Source: Candidatus Sumerlaeaceae bacterium | GTDB taxonomy: Bacteria > Sumerlaeota > Sumerlaeia > Sumerlaeales > Sumerlaeaceae | Length of the DNA stretch: 57,788 bases | Assembly: GCA_051003195.1 (NCBI GenBank) | Contig: JBPCLP010000015.1 | Span: 1 to 57,788, forward strand | Direction of reading: 5' to 3' | Position numbers and translations under genes: made by a program | The notes under the pieces: model-generated | What the model was told of the DNA's origin: nothing | Database searches by the model: none | Seen by the model: only the letters and a program-made list of their open reading frames with translations | Shown here: piece by piece, positions 39,538-51,236 of the stretch | Position numbering within the stretch: position 1 is the first letter of the stretch | Layout: every line of letters starts with the position of its first letter

Positions 39538-39930
39538 TTGTACGAGGTCCTGCCACCCGAGGTCCGCGAGTTTGCGTTGCGGTACCTCGATTCCGTCGCA
39601 CAGCTGGAGGCGTTGCTGCTCATGCGCCGCGAGCCAGCCGTGACATGGACGGTACCCGAACTCGCAAAGCGGCTCTATATTGACCAGGCTGGCGCGACTG
39701 GTATACTTGAGATACTGCAAAAGCGTCAACTGGTAACGTTCACTCGGGAGCAGTCCGGTACGCCCACCTATAAGTATGCACCCGCAGCGCAGGAGCTTGA
39801 ACAGCTCGTCGTCGCCACCGAGGCCGCCTATTCTCAGTACCTGATCCCGCTCACCCAGTTGCTGCATTCAAAGCCAAGTACCGCCGCGCATCATTTCGCC
39901 GACGCATTTCGATTCCGGGAGAAAAAGTAA
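39538..39930 (+). CDS. Hypothetical protein with winged-helix-like segment
   Basis: SVAQLEALLL...WTVPELAKRLYI...FADAFRF; 2 nt before the next gene. TTG start. Confidence 0.7.
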   Translation: MYEVLPPEVREFALRYLDSVAQLEALLLMRREPAVTWTVPELAKRLYIDQAGATGILEILQKRQLVTFTREQSGTPTYKYAPAAQELEQLVVATEAAYSQYLIPLTQLLHSKPSTAAHHFADAFRFREKK

Positions 39931-39932
39931 TC

Positions 39933-40193
39933 ATGGCCCCCCTGGTCTACAGCCTGTGTATGCTCACCGCGCTCATAAGCGCAATTCTGCTTCTGCGCGG
40001 CTACCTGCGATCCCGCGCGCCGCTATTGTTCTGGAGCAGCCTCTGCTTTTTCGGTCTTACTGCAAGCAACGCTGTTCTGTTTCTGGACCTGCTTGTATTC
40101 CCGGAAGTTGACCTGTTTGCCCTCAGGATTGGGTTGGGACTTGTCTCTATTGGTGTGTTGCTGTATGGCCTGATCTGGGAGCCGCGCTCATGA
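39933..40193 (+). CDS. Small three-TM protein, DUF5985-like
   Basis: LLLRGY...LLFWSSLCF, LLYGLIWE. Confidence 0.75.
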   Translation: MAPLVYSLCMLTALISAILLLRGYLRSRAPLLFWSSLCFFGLTASNAVLFLDLLVFPEVDLFALRIGLGLVSIGVLLYGLIWEPRS

Positions 40194-40456
40194 GCCTGCA
40201 ACTCGCTGAATTCCTGCAGGGCGCCATGTGCATGGGCTCCGTTATTGCCGGTCTATTTTTTCTGCGCTTCTGGCGTGATACTGCCGACCGGCTTTTCGTA
40301 TTTTTCGCGGCGGCATTCCTGATGGAAGCGGTAAGCCGTGCGGTACTCGCTCTGGGCGCAGATCCCAGGGAAGGCGATCCCCAGTTGTATCTGCTGCGTT
40401 GCGTTGCTTACGGTATGATACTGGTCGGAATAATAGACAAAAACCGACGGGCCTGA
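40190..40456 (+). CDS. Small three-TM protein, DUF5985-like paralog
   Basis: GLFFLRFWRDTADRLF..FA.AF, YLLR, IIDKN; ATGA overlap with the upstream gene. Confidence 0.75.
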   Translation: MSLQLAEFLQGAMCMGSVIAGLFFLRFWRDTADRLFVFFAAAFLMEAVSRAVLALGADPREGDPQLYLLRCVAYGMILVGIIDKNRRA

Positions 40457-40474
40457 AATACTCAATAACGGATA

Positions 40475-41308
40475 CTAGCCGCTGAACAACCGCCGCCACA
40501 CACGCGCCGGAAGACCGGTACTCGTCAGCCGGTCGATGCATGCACTCGCCTCTCGGTCATCTACGTTCAGGTGCATTGCCGCCTGGTAGGCTTCCAGCGC
40601 GGGCTGCGACAGCCCCATCTTTTCATTCGAGAGCCCGAGTTTCTTCCATAGGAAACCGTTGCGCGGGTTCGATTGCACCGCCAGCTGCAGAAATTCGGCG
40701 GCGCGGCTCCATTTCTTTTCCTGCAGCAGGAGGAGACCGATTCGCATCGGCGTGCGCCAGTCGTCTTTCTCACGCACTTCCATCGCCTTGTCGAAACAGA
40801 AGGAGGCATTGCTGTTGTCCGCGATACTGAGAATGTGCCCACGCAAAGCCCACACAAACGCGCTCCCGGGCACCGGCCGGCTGATCGCATAATCGCTGCA
40901 GGCCAGTGCGCGTTTGATCGTACCACCCAGCGCATACGTGAGGCCTTGGACTGATACCAGCCGCGGCTCTTCCGGAAAAAGTTCCAGGCTTCGCAATGCC
41001 CACATCGATGCCTCTCGGTATTGCTTTAGCTCGACGAGACACATAACCTGGCCCAGCCACGGATCCACTGCCGACTGATCGACCTGCATTGCGCGCGAGT
41101 ACTGCCGCAATGCCTTCTGGTATTCCCCGGCGTAGTAAAGCTTATCGGCCTCTGCTAAATAATGTCCCTGGTCGTAATCATGCGGTGGGGGAACTTCTTC
41201 CGCGCGGCGGCGAACGCGAGGCAGGGCCTCTTCCACGGCTGGCTCGCGCACCGGTTCCAGTCCCGTGCCGGTCTCAAGCTTGGAAAAACGTCCCATTTGC
41301 GCGGACAC
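40475..41308 (-). CDS. Tetratricopeptide repeat protein
   Basis: Repeated helical TPR patterns (KALRQYSRA, CFDKA, ALEAYQAA). AGGA precedes the GTG; ATG 41296 is an alternative start. Confidence 0.85.
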   Translation of the reverse strand: MSAQMGRFSKLETGTGLEPVREPAVEEALPRVRRRAEEVPPPHDYDQGHYLAEADKLYYAGEYQKALRQYSRAMQVDQSAVDPWLGQVMCLVELKQYREASMWALRSLELFPEEPRLVSVQGLTYALGGTIKRALACSDYAISRPVPGSAFVWALRGHILSIADNSNASFCFDKAMEVREKDDWRTPMRIGLLLLQEKKWSRAAEFLQLAVQSNPRNGFLWKKLGLSNEKMGLSQPALEAYQAAMHLNVDDREASACIDRLTSTGLPARVWRRLFSG

Positions 41309-41554
41309 TCCTGCTGGGCTGATCTATTAAGAGAATTGTGCATTGTAAGCCTATCGAATGCAAGAAGCGATATTCCCAATGCTTACGACGGACGAACTCT
41401 GCATTCAGTTGACCATTGCCCACTGAATTGCACGAATGCCTGCGCAACGTCATTTCTTGTTGCACCGGCCCATTGCCATGTGTCACCCAAGCCGCTCTGC
41501 ATCCGAAGGTGAAAAACCTGGTGGGATGCGTATGCCTATGGAAAGGAGGGCTGA

Positions 41555-41644
41555 ATGGGAAGCGTAGTTAAGAAGCGGCGTAAAAAAATTCGCAAGCACA
41601 AGTACAAGAAGTTGCGCAAGAAGATGCGCCATCAGCGCAAGTAG
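41555..41644 (+). CDS. Small basic protein, bS22 / AURKAIP1-COX24 (DUF1713) family
   Basis: MGSVVKKRRKKIRKHKYKKLRKKMRHQRK*, 29 aa, strong AGGAGG RBS; below the ORF-track cutoff. Confidence 0.9.
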   Translation: MGSVVKKRRKKIRKHKYKKLRKKMRHQRK

Positions 41645-41771
41645 CAGGGGGGTTCGCAATGGCGAATTCGCGGAGTCGTAGCCGGCGTGTTTAGAACGCA
41701 TGGCGCGGCCCGCGCCCCCGAAGGGAAGATGGCTCCCCAACTGAACTACGGCAGTTTTGTCAGCCCCGCCA

Positions 41772-42668
41772 ATGAAGTCTGAGAAGCAGCGGCAGCTGTG
41801 GGGCATTGCATTTGCCGCCCCGAATCTGGTCCTGTTTGCCGCCTTCGTTCTGCTGCCGATGGTCGGCGGACTGTTGCTCGCCTTCCAGGACTACCAGGTA
41901 GGCAAGGGATTGCTGCACAGTCCCTGGGTGGGTCTCGCAAATTTCGACGACCTGTTTTTCAATCCGGTGTTTTCGCAGGACTTTTACGTGGCCCTGCAGA
42001 ACACCGTGGTCATTACGGTTTTCCTGGTTCCCATAAACATCGCGATGGCCCTTGTCCTCGCCGCATTGATTTTCCCGCTGGGCGGCAAGGCGCAGGCATT
42101 CTATAAAGCCGCCTTTTACCTGCCCGGCGTCGTAAGCGCCGTGGTTCTGGCCATCGTATGGCAGTGGATGTTCACCGAGCATAACGGCCTGATCAACCTC
42201 GCGTTACGCTCCATTGGCATGGATGGCGTACCATGGTTCAGCCAGCGCTGGACGGCTGTAAGCACTGTCATCCTCAGTTCGATCCCCTACGCGCCAGGCG
42301 CCGGTATCATCCTGTACCTGGCTGCATTGGGGCGCATCCCGCCCGAGCTTAATGAGTCTGCCGAGATCGATGGGGCCAGCCCGCTGCAACGCTGGCGCCA
42401 CGTGATCTTCCCCCTACTCAAACCAACGACGCTCTACCTTGTCGTCATTAGCACCATCGAGAGTTTTAAGATTTTTACACCTGTTTACGTAATGACGCGC
42501 GGGCGCCCGGCAAATCAGTCGACTTCGCTGGTGTTCGAAATCTACCAGAACGCATTCGATGCGGGCGAATTTGGACTGGCCAGTGCCGAGGCGGTTATCC
42601 TGTTAATTATCACCATTCTGTTTGCCATGGTCCAGTTCCGCTATCTCCGTAGCAGCGACGAGTACTGA
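41772..42668 (+). CDS. Carbohydrate ABC transporter permease
   Basis: Motifs WVGLANF, FYLPGVVS, NGLIN, EAA-like loop ESAEIDGAS and FGLASA. Confidence 0.92.
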   Translation: MKSEKQRQLWGIAFAAPNLVLFAAFVLLPMVGGLLLAFQDYQVGKGLLHSPWVGLANFDDLFFNPVFSQDFYVALQNTVVITVFLVPINIAMALVLAALIFPLGGKAQAFYKAAFYLPGVVSAVVLAIVWQWMFTEHNGLINLALRSIGMDGVPWFSQRWTAVSTVILSSIPYAPGAGIILYLAALGRIPPELNESAEIDGASPLQRWRHVIFPLLKPTTLYLVVISTIESFKIFTPVYVMTRGRPANQSTSLVFEIYQNAFDAGEFGLASAEAVILLIITILFAMVQFRYLRSSDEY

Positions 42669-42675
42669 CCGCTAA

Positions 42676-42699
42676 ATTACAATATCCGGATATTGTAAT
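42676..42699. promoter_or_regulatory. Perfect 24-bp palindrome (operator or terminator) upstream of metH
   Basis: ATTACAATATCC|GGATATTGTAAT, flanked by a further ACCGCTA/TAGCGGT pair (42668-42709). The palindrome is certain; its role is not. Confidence 0.5.
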
Positions 42700-42759
42700 A
42701 AATAGCGGTTGCGCTGCTGTGTAGCCCACGTTAGCGTAACTGATGGCCACAAGGATTTA

Positions 42760-46470
<3,711 letters not shown>

Positions 46471-46472
46471 TT

Positions 46473-46609
46473 TTCACCACAGAGCAGAGGCGCAGAGGAT
46501 TTATAGAGACGGAGATTCGACTGGCTTTGCCAGCTCAACGTCCGTGGTTTGCTCATTTAGACATTTCCCCTCGGTGCCTGCTCTGTGTCTCTGTGCCTCT
46601 GTGGTAAAA
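46473..46609. repeat. REP/MITE-like element with imperfect terminal inverted repeats, copy 1
   Basis: Left arm TTCACCACAGAGCAGAGGCGCAGAG; right arm CTCTGTGTCTCTGTGCCTCTGTGGTAAAA. Confidence 0.7.
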
Positions 46610-47568
46610 TTTTCGATCGCAGCGACGCGTTTTTGGAGGCGGCGCTTGCCGGCACGCAGGAGCGGGCTGCGATTTAGGCGGCGTTCGAACTGGCGGTTGG
46701 AGAGCAACTGAAGGAATGTGGATGCAGGTTCGTTGCGGTGTACACGCACGCCTTCAGCGAGTTCCGGGATTGCGACGGGTTCCGGCGACTTGTTGTAGGG
46801 GCAGACGTCCTGGCAGATGTCGCAGCCAAAGGCCCATTCCCCACAGGCGTCATGTTCCGCGGCAGACAGCTCGGTTTTCTTTTCAATGGTGAGATAAGAG
46901 ATGCACCGTGTCGCGTCGACGCGCAGCGGTTCTGTGATTGCACCTGTGGGACATGCATCGATGCAACGCGTACACGTGCCGCAGGTGCCGGAGATCGGCG
47001 CGTCGGTAGGAAGCTGCGCAGTCGTGACGATTTCTGCGAGGAGGAGATAGGAGCCGGCGTCTGGCGCGATGATCATCGTGTTGCGCCCCATAAAACCGAT
47101 GCCGCTCTCGATTGCGTACGCGCGTTCATTTAGCGGGGCGGAATCGACGCAGATGCGCCACGTGTGTCCTGGCACCGTCTCATTCAACCACTCGACAACC
47201 GGCTGCAGCCTTTCGCGGAACACCAGGTGGTAGTCCTCGCCGAGTGCGTATTTGGCGATACGGAGAGTGGGATCTGATATAGTGGACGAATCGATATCAC
47301 TGAGATCTGTGTCCGCGCGACTATTACCCGGATAGTAAGATGCGGCAAAGACGATGACCGACTGCGCGCCGGGAAGTACGGCATCGGCCCCTTGGGCGCG
47401 CATTTCGGCAGTGCGCTCCATGTACTCCATCTCGCCGTGCATGCCAGCGGCCACCCACTCGCGCAAGCGGTCGCCGTAATGCGCCGGCAGTTCGGCACGT
47501 GTAATACGCGCGTCGGAAAAACCCGCAGCGCGAGCTCGGGAGAGTAGTTCTGTTTTCATGTCGGCCAT
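46501..47568 (-). CDS. queG: tRNA epoxyqueuosine(34) reductase
   Basis: Motifs MHGEMEYM, YALGEDYH, CVDSAP, CGTCTRCIDACPTGA, RCISYLTIE and FGCDICQDVCPYN. Confidence 0.95.
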   Translation of the reverse strand: MADMKTELLSRARAAGFSDARITRAELPAHYGDRLREWVAAGMHGEMEYMERTAEMRAQGADAVLPGAQSVIVFAASYYPGNSRADTDLSDIDSSTISDPTLRIAKYALGEDYHLVFRERLQPVVEWLNETVPGHTWRICVDSAPLNERAYAIESGIGFMGRNTMIIAPDAGSYLLLAEIVTTAQLPTDAPISGTCGTCTRCIDACPTGAITEPLRVDATRCISYLTIEKKTELSAAEHDACGEWAFGCDICQDVCPYNKSPEPVAIPELAEGVRVHRNEPASTFLQLLSNRQFERRLNRSPLLRAGKRRLQKRVAAIENFTTEAQRHRAGTEGKCLNEQTTDVELAKPVESPSL

Positions 47569-47571
47569 GTT

Positions 47572-47691
47572 TACCACAGAGGCACAGAGTTTGCACAGAG
47601 GGAGGAGAGACGAAATTCAAAGCGCTTACAGCACGGCTCAAAGCAGATGCGCCTCTCTGTGATCGCTCTGTGTCTCTGTGCCTCTGTGGTT
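47572..47691. repeat. REP/MITE-like element with imperfect terminal inverted repeats, copy 2
   Basis: Left arm ACCACAGAGGCACAGAG. Right arm 47666-47690 is identical over 25 nt to 46581-46605. Confidence 0.75.
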
Positions 47692-47702
47692 ACTTTATTC
47701 GA

Positions 47703-49049
47703 TTACTCCAGCTCGTACTCCTCCAGCTTGCGGTACAGCGTCTTTCTCCCGAGTCCCAGCGACCGCGCGGTCTTTGCCCGGTTGCCGCCGAAATGGATCA
47801 GCGCCGCCTGGATCAGTTCCTTCTCCGCATCCCGGATTGGCGTCCCCGCGGGGATTTTCACCATATGCGTTGCTTCTTCCCCGCTGCGAAGTTCCTCGGG
47901 CAGGCTCTGCACAGTGATCTCACCCTCCGTCATCACCAGCGCGCCCTCGATCACGTTCTTCAACTGCCGCACATTCCCCGGCCATGGCGCATTTTGCAGC
48001 AGGGTCATCGCCCGGGAATGCAGCGGCGGCTTCGACTTGCCATAATAACTGGAAAACTCTTCAAGGAAATGGTCGATGAGCAGAGGAATATCCTCGCGGC
48101 GATCGCGCAGCGGCGGCAGATCGATTTCGACAACTTTCAGCCGGTAGTAGAGATCCTCCCGGAATTCAGCCGACTTCACAAGATCGTCCAGCCGTTTGTT
48201 CGTTGCGGCAATCACGCGCACGTCCACTTTCATCGTTTCGGTGCCGCCCACCCGTTCGAAGGTCCCCTCCTGCAACACGCGCAGCAGACGAACCTGGAAC
48301 TCAGGGCCCGTCTCACCGATTTCATCCAGAAGCAATGTGCCCCCGTCCGCGAGTTCGAAGCGGCCGGGTTTGCTTTTGACAGCCCCGGTGAACGCGCCCT
48401 TCTCATGACCGAACAATTCACTCTCCAGTAGTGTGAGCGGCAGCGCACCGCAATTGACCTTCACGAACGGCCGGTGCCGACGCGGCGAATGCAGGTGAAT
48501 CGCGTTTGCGATCATTTCCTTACCCGTTCCGCTCTCGCCATACAGCAGCACGTTCGCACGCGTGGGTGCAACTGTCCGCACTTTCGCAAACACCCTGGCC
48601 ATCACCTCGCTGCGTCCGACAATATTTTCAAACGCGAACCGCTGCTCCACGTTTTCGCGCAACTGCTGGTTTTCCTCCTGCATCTCGCGCGCTTTGAGAA
48701 TGCGGTCGACCAGCATATTGAGCTCGTCGATGTTGATCGGCTTGATCAGGTAATCGGTCGCACCATGCTTCATCGCATCGACGGCACTTTCGACGGTGCC
48801 GTGTCCGGTTAACATCACGACTGCCGTGGATGGCGACTCCACCTTTACCTTTTCGAGCAACTGCATTCCGTCGAGCCTGGGCATCTTGAGGTCGGTGATT
48901 AATATATCGATCGAATGGCTGCGCATCGCGTCGAGCGCCTGCTCGCCATCCGCGGCAAGGCTGATCGACAAATCCTTCCGCTCGAGCGCCCATCTCAGGC
49001 CCTCGCGGGTGTTCTTCTCATCGTCGGCAATTAAAATGGATCGCTTCAT
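47703..49049 (-). CDS. Sigma-54-dependent response regulator (NtrC/AtoC type)
   Basis: Receiver ILIADDE...DLKMP; GESGTGKE; ESELFGHEKGAFTGA; WPGNVR; Fis-type HTH GLGRKTLYRKL. Confidence 0.95.
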   Translation of the reverse strand: MKRSILIADDEKNTREGLRWALERKDLSISLAADGEQALDAMRSHSIDILITDLKMPRLDGMQLLEKVKVESPSTAVVMLTGHGTVESAVDAMKHGATDYLIKPINIDELNMLVDRILKAREMQEENQQLRENVEQRFAFENIVGRSEVMARVFAKVRTVAPTRANVLLYGESGTGKEMIANAIHLHSPRRHRPFVKVNCGALPLTLLESELFGHEKGAFTGAVKSKPGRFELADGGTLLLDEIGETGPEFQVRLLRVLQEGTFERVGGTETMKVDVRVIAATNKRLDDLVKSAEFREDLYYRLKVVEIDLPPLRDRREDIPLLIDHFLEEFSSYYGKSKPPLHSRAMTLLQNAPWPGNVRQLKNVIEGALVMTEGEITVQSLPEELRSGEEATHMVKIPAGTPIRDAEKELIQAALIHFGGNRAKTARSLGLGRKTLYRKLEEYELE

Positions 49050-49174
49050 GGGCTAAATTGATCCACCCATGTGAGTCACATTGCTACAGTTTTTTGCGGA
49101 GATCGGCCGTTTCTGCTTTCAAGTTCAAGTTGGTAATTTCGCCACTTGAATAGCGGTAATCTTTCTGTAATGTT

Positions 49175-50269
49175 TTACTCCTGTTCGAGTTCGTCTTGCC
49201 CCGCTCTTTTCCGCTTGGGCCCGGAGCCGACGCGGGGTCCGCCCCAGTTGGAGGGGGAGGTGTGGGCGCGCTGGATTGTTTTGCCGTCGATTTCAAGAAA
49301 CCGACCGGGCCCGTTGCGGGTGAGCGGGTCGCTTTGTTTGACGTATTTGCCGATGGCGGCGAACGCGACGAGATTGCGCACGCGGTCGGGATCGGCTTCG
49401 CGTCCGGCGAGTTCGCGGTCGAGCAGGCGGTTCATGTTGATGGCGGTTTTTTTGCGGGCGCGCTGCAGGTAGAGGTTAATGGATGCGGGGTCTTCTTCCA
49501 TGGGGTCGGGGGTGATGAAGTTCCCGGCGCGCTCGTGGGGAAGGAGGTAAGTCTGGAGGTAGTCGGGCTGGCCGGGACAGCAAAAGGCGCGGACGTCGCC
49601 CATGAGCAGCGCGAGTTCGGGATAGGCCTGGAAGAAGCGGCAGATGGTGATGGCCTGTTGTTCGAATTCTTCGAGGGTGCGAAGGACGGGGACCTGCGGC
49701 ATGTCGTGGAGGTTGCGCTGGAACGCTAGGCGCAGTTGATCGGGGCGGGCGTTGTACTCGGGGGTGTCGATGTCGGGGCAGATCTGGTCATAGGTGCTCG
49801 CAATGCCGGGTGAGGAGTTGGGGCGTCCGTGGTCGCTGCTGTCGTTCTGGGTGTGGTGCTGCCCGACGAGCGCGTAGTACTCCTCGGAAGTGTAGAGGTT
49901 GGGCAGATCGTAGGTGTCGCGGATGGCGGGCGGTGCGAAGGGGGTGTCGTTGGGCCGGGTGGGTCGCGTGTCGGTAAAGAGGCTGGGGTCCTCGCCGGGG
50001 CGGGGCCTGGGCTTGGGCCGGGGTAGCGGCGGCTCGAGTACGCAGACCGGAAACCCGGGCAAATCTTCGGGCAGATTTTCGAGTGCGGATTGCGGATTGC
50101 GGATTTCGGAATACAGATGCGAATCGAAGTCGTCGTCGGCGAGTGGGTGATCGTCGGACAGTTCGGACTGGGCGCGGACTGCGGAATCTGAATCGGAGTT
50201 CTCTGCGACGAGTGCCGCGTCGCTCGGGCTGCTTTTGGGGTCGGGAAACCGCGTTTGTTTTATCATCAT
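49175..50269 (-). CDS. Hypothetical Pro/Asp-rich protein with C-terminal WGGPRVGSGPK basic motif
   Basis: 364-codon ORF with C-rich third positions that fills the gap; no family recognised. Confidence 0.65.
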   Translation of the reverse strand: MMIKQTRFPDPKSSPSDAALVAENSDSDSAVRAQSELSDDHPLADDDFDSHLYSEIRNPQSALENLPEDLPGFPVCVLEPPLPRPKPRPRPGEDPSLFTDTRPTRPNDTPFAPPAIRDTYDLPNLYTSEEYYALVGQHHTQNDSSDHGRPNSSPGIASTYDQICPDIDTPEYNARPDQLRLAFQRNLHDMPQVPVLRTLEEFEQQAITICRFFQAYPELALLMGDVRAFCCPGQPDYLQTYLLPHERAGNFITPDPMEEDPASINLYLQRARKKTAINMNRLLDRELAGREADPDRVRNLVAFAAIGKYVKQSDPLTRNGPGRFLEIDGKTIQRAHTSPSNWGGPRVGSGPKRKRAGQDELEQE

Positions 50270-50318
50270 GAGGACCTGTGTAGCACAGGCTTTTGGCTAA
50301 TGTAATTCCCGCAGGACC

Positions 50319-50433
50319 CCTTAGAGACCCTTAGAGCACCTTAAAGTGCAGGGGTTTCGGCACCAGTCCCCGGGCAGCCGCAGATCATAAAAAGAAACTG
50401 ATCGGGAGCTGACCCTAAATCTACCCTAAATCT
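50319..50433. repeat. Short tandem direct repeats in intergenic DNA
   Basis: CCTTAGAG/CCTTAGAG/CCTTAAAG at 10-bp period (50319, 50329, 50339); ACCCTAAATCT twice (50412-50433). Confidence 0.6.
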
Positions 50434-50462
50434 GAAAAACACCCCGCCGGCATTTCGGCGGC

Positions 50463-50639
50463 TTAGTATTCGATATTCCAGACCCGATAGCGCTTACCGC
50501 GCGTGCGATAAATTGCGTCTTGTCGAAGCTGCATTCTGATAATAGCATGAAACTTTTCCATGAAGGGCAGCTTTGCGCGCCGGAGGCGCTCTTCCGCCTT
50601 GGCTTTCGCTATATCTTCCGTTAGCTGCTTAGTGTCCAT
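50463..50639 (-). CDS. Small helical protein (58 aa), partner of the upstream nucleotidyltransferase
   Basis: MDTKQLTEDIAKAKAEERLRRAKLPFMEKFHAIIRMQLRQDAIYRTRGKRYRVWNIEY*; overlaps the upstream gene by 19 nt; below the ORF-track cutoff. Confidence 0.65.
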   Translation of the reverse strand: MDTKQLTEDIAKAKAEERLRRAKLPFMEKFHAIIRMQLRQDAIYRTRGKRYRVWNIEY

Positions 50640-51127
50640 TGGTTGTACGTTTCCAGCAGGTTGTAGCGTTCCATGATTTCAGTCAGTTTGACCTGGTCAA
50701 GGCCTGCCTGTTCCACGAACTGCGAAAACCGCACGCGGTCCTTAGGGCGTTTTGTTTCAATCATGATCGCAGCAAGGTATTCCGCGGCGGGAACTCTGGT
50801 TAAAACACCATCCAGGTCTTGCTCGCGAGCGACTTCAATAGCTTCGGCAACAAGTGGTGTTGGAGCGACTATGAACTGAACTGGCATTCCCTCGATCAGA
50901 TCATACGGGCCATCTTTTGTATAACCACGCCGTATCAATTCATGGTTTAGTGGATCCAGTGGCATGAGCGGATGTGCGGGAGGCTCGTTTATGAGCACCA
51001 ATATATCCAGGTCCTCTGTTGGCACCGCTTCCATATAGAAAATAGCGGCAACGGCGCCGCCAATGGCATAGCGCCTGAAAAAGCCTGCCCGTTCCAGATC
51101 GTTCAAAACTTGGAGTGTTTTGCGCAT
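50621..51127 (-). CDS. Nucleotidyltransferase-fold protein (pol-beta superfamily)
   Basis: YAIGGAVA...TEDLDILV (GG + DxD) and RPKD. ATG 51127 chosen because the longer ORF overlaps the radical SAM gene. Confidence 0.78.
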   Translation of the reverse strand: MRKTLQVLNDLERAGFFRRYAIGGAVAAIFYMEAVPTEDLDILVLINEPPAHPLMPLDPLNHELIRRGYTKDGPYDLIEGMPVQFIVAPTPLVAEAIEVAREQDLDGVLTRVPAAEYLAAIMIETKRPKDRVRFSQFVEQAGLDQVKLTEIMERYNLLETYNQWTLSS

Positions 51128-51236
51128 AATCGAAGTGGTACTACAACTTTGCCCAAATACTATGACATGTAGCACTTCAGCACGTGTTTCGCGCAACCGC
51201 GTGACGACCTGAGCGGTGAACTGGGAGCATCGCAGG

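Noticed and set aside
46473..47691. CRISPR array suggested by repeated 25-mers
   Set aside because: Only two direct copies about 1.1 kb apart, arranged as inverted pairs; no regular spacers and no cas genes.
49069..49081. CRP-like site ATGTGA-G-TCACAT upstream of the NtrC-type gene
   Set aside because: The half-sites are separated by 1 nt rather than the 6 nt CRP requires; it remains an unexplained short palindrome.
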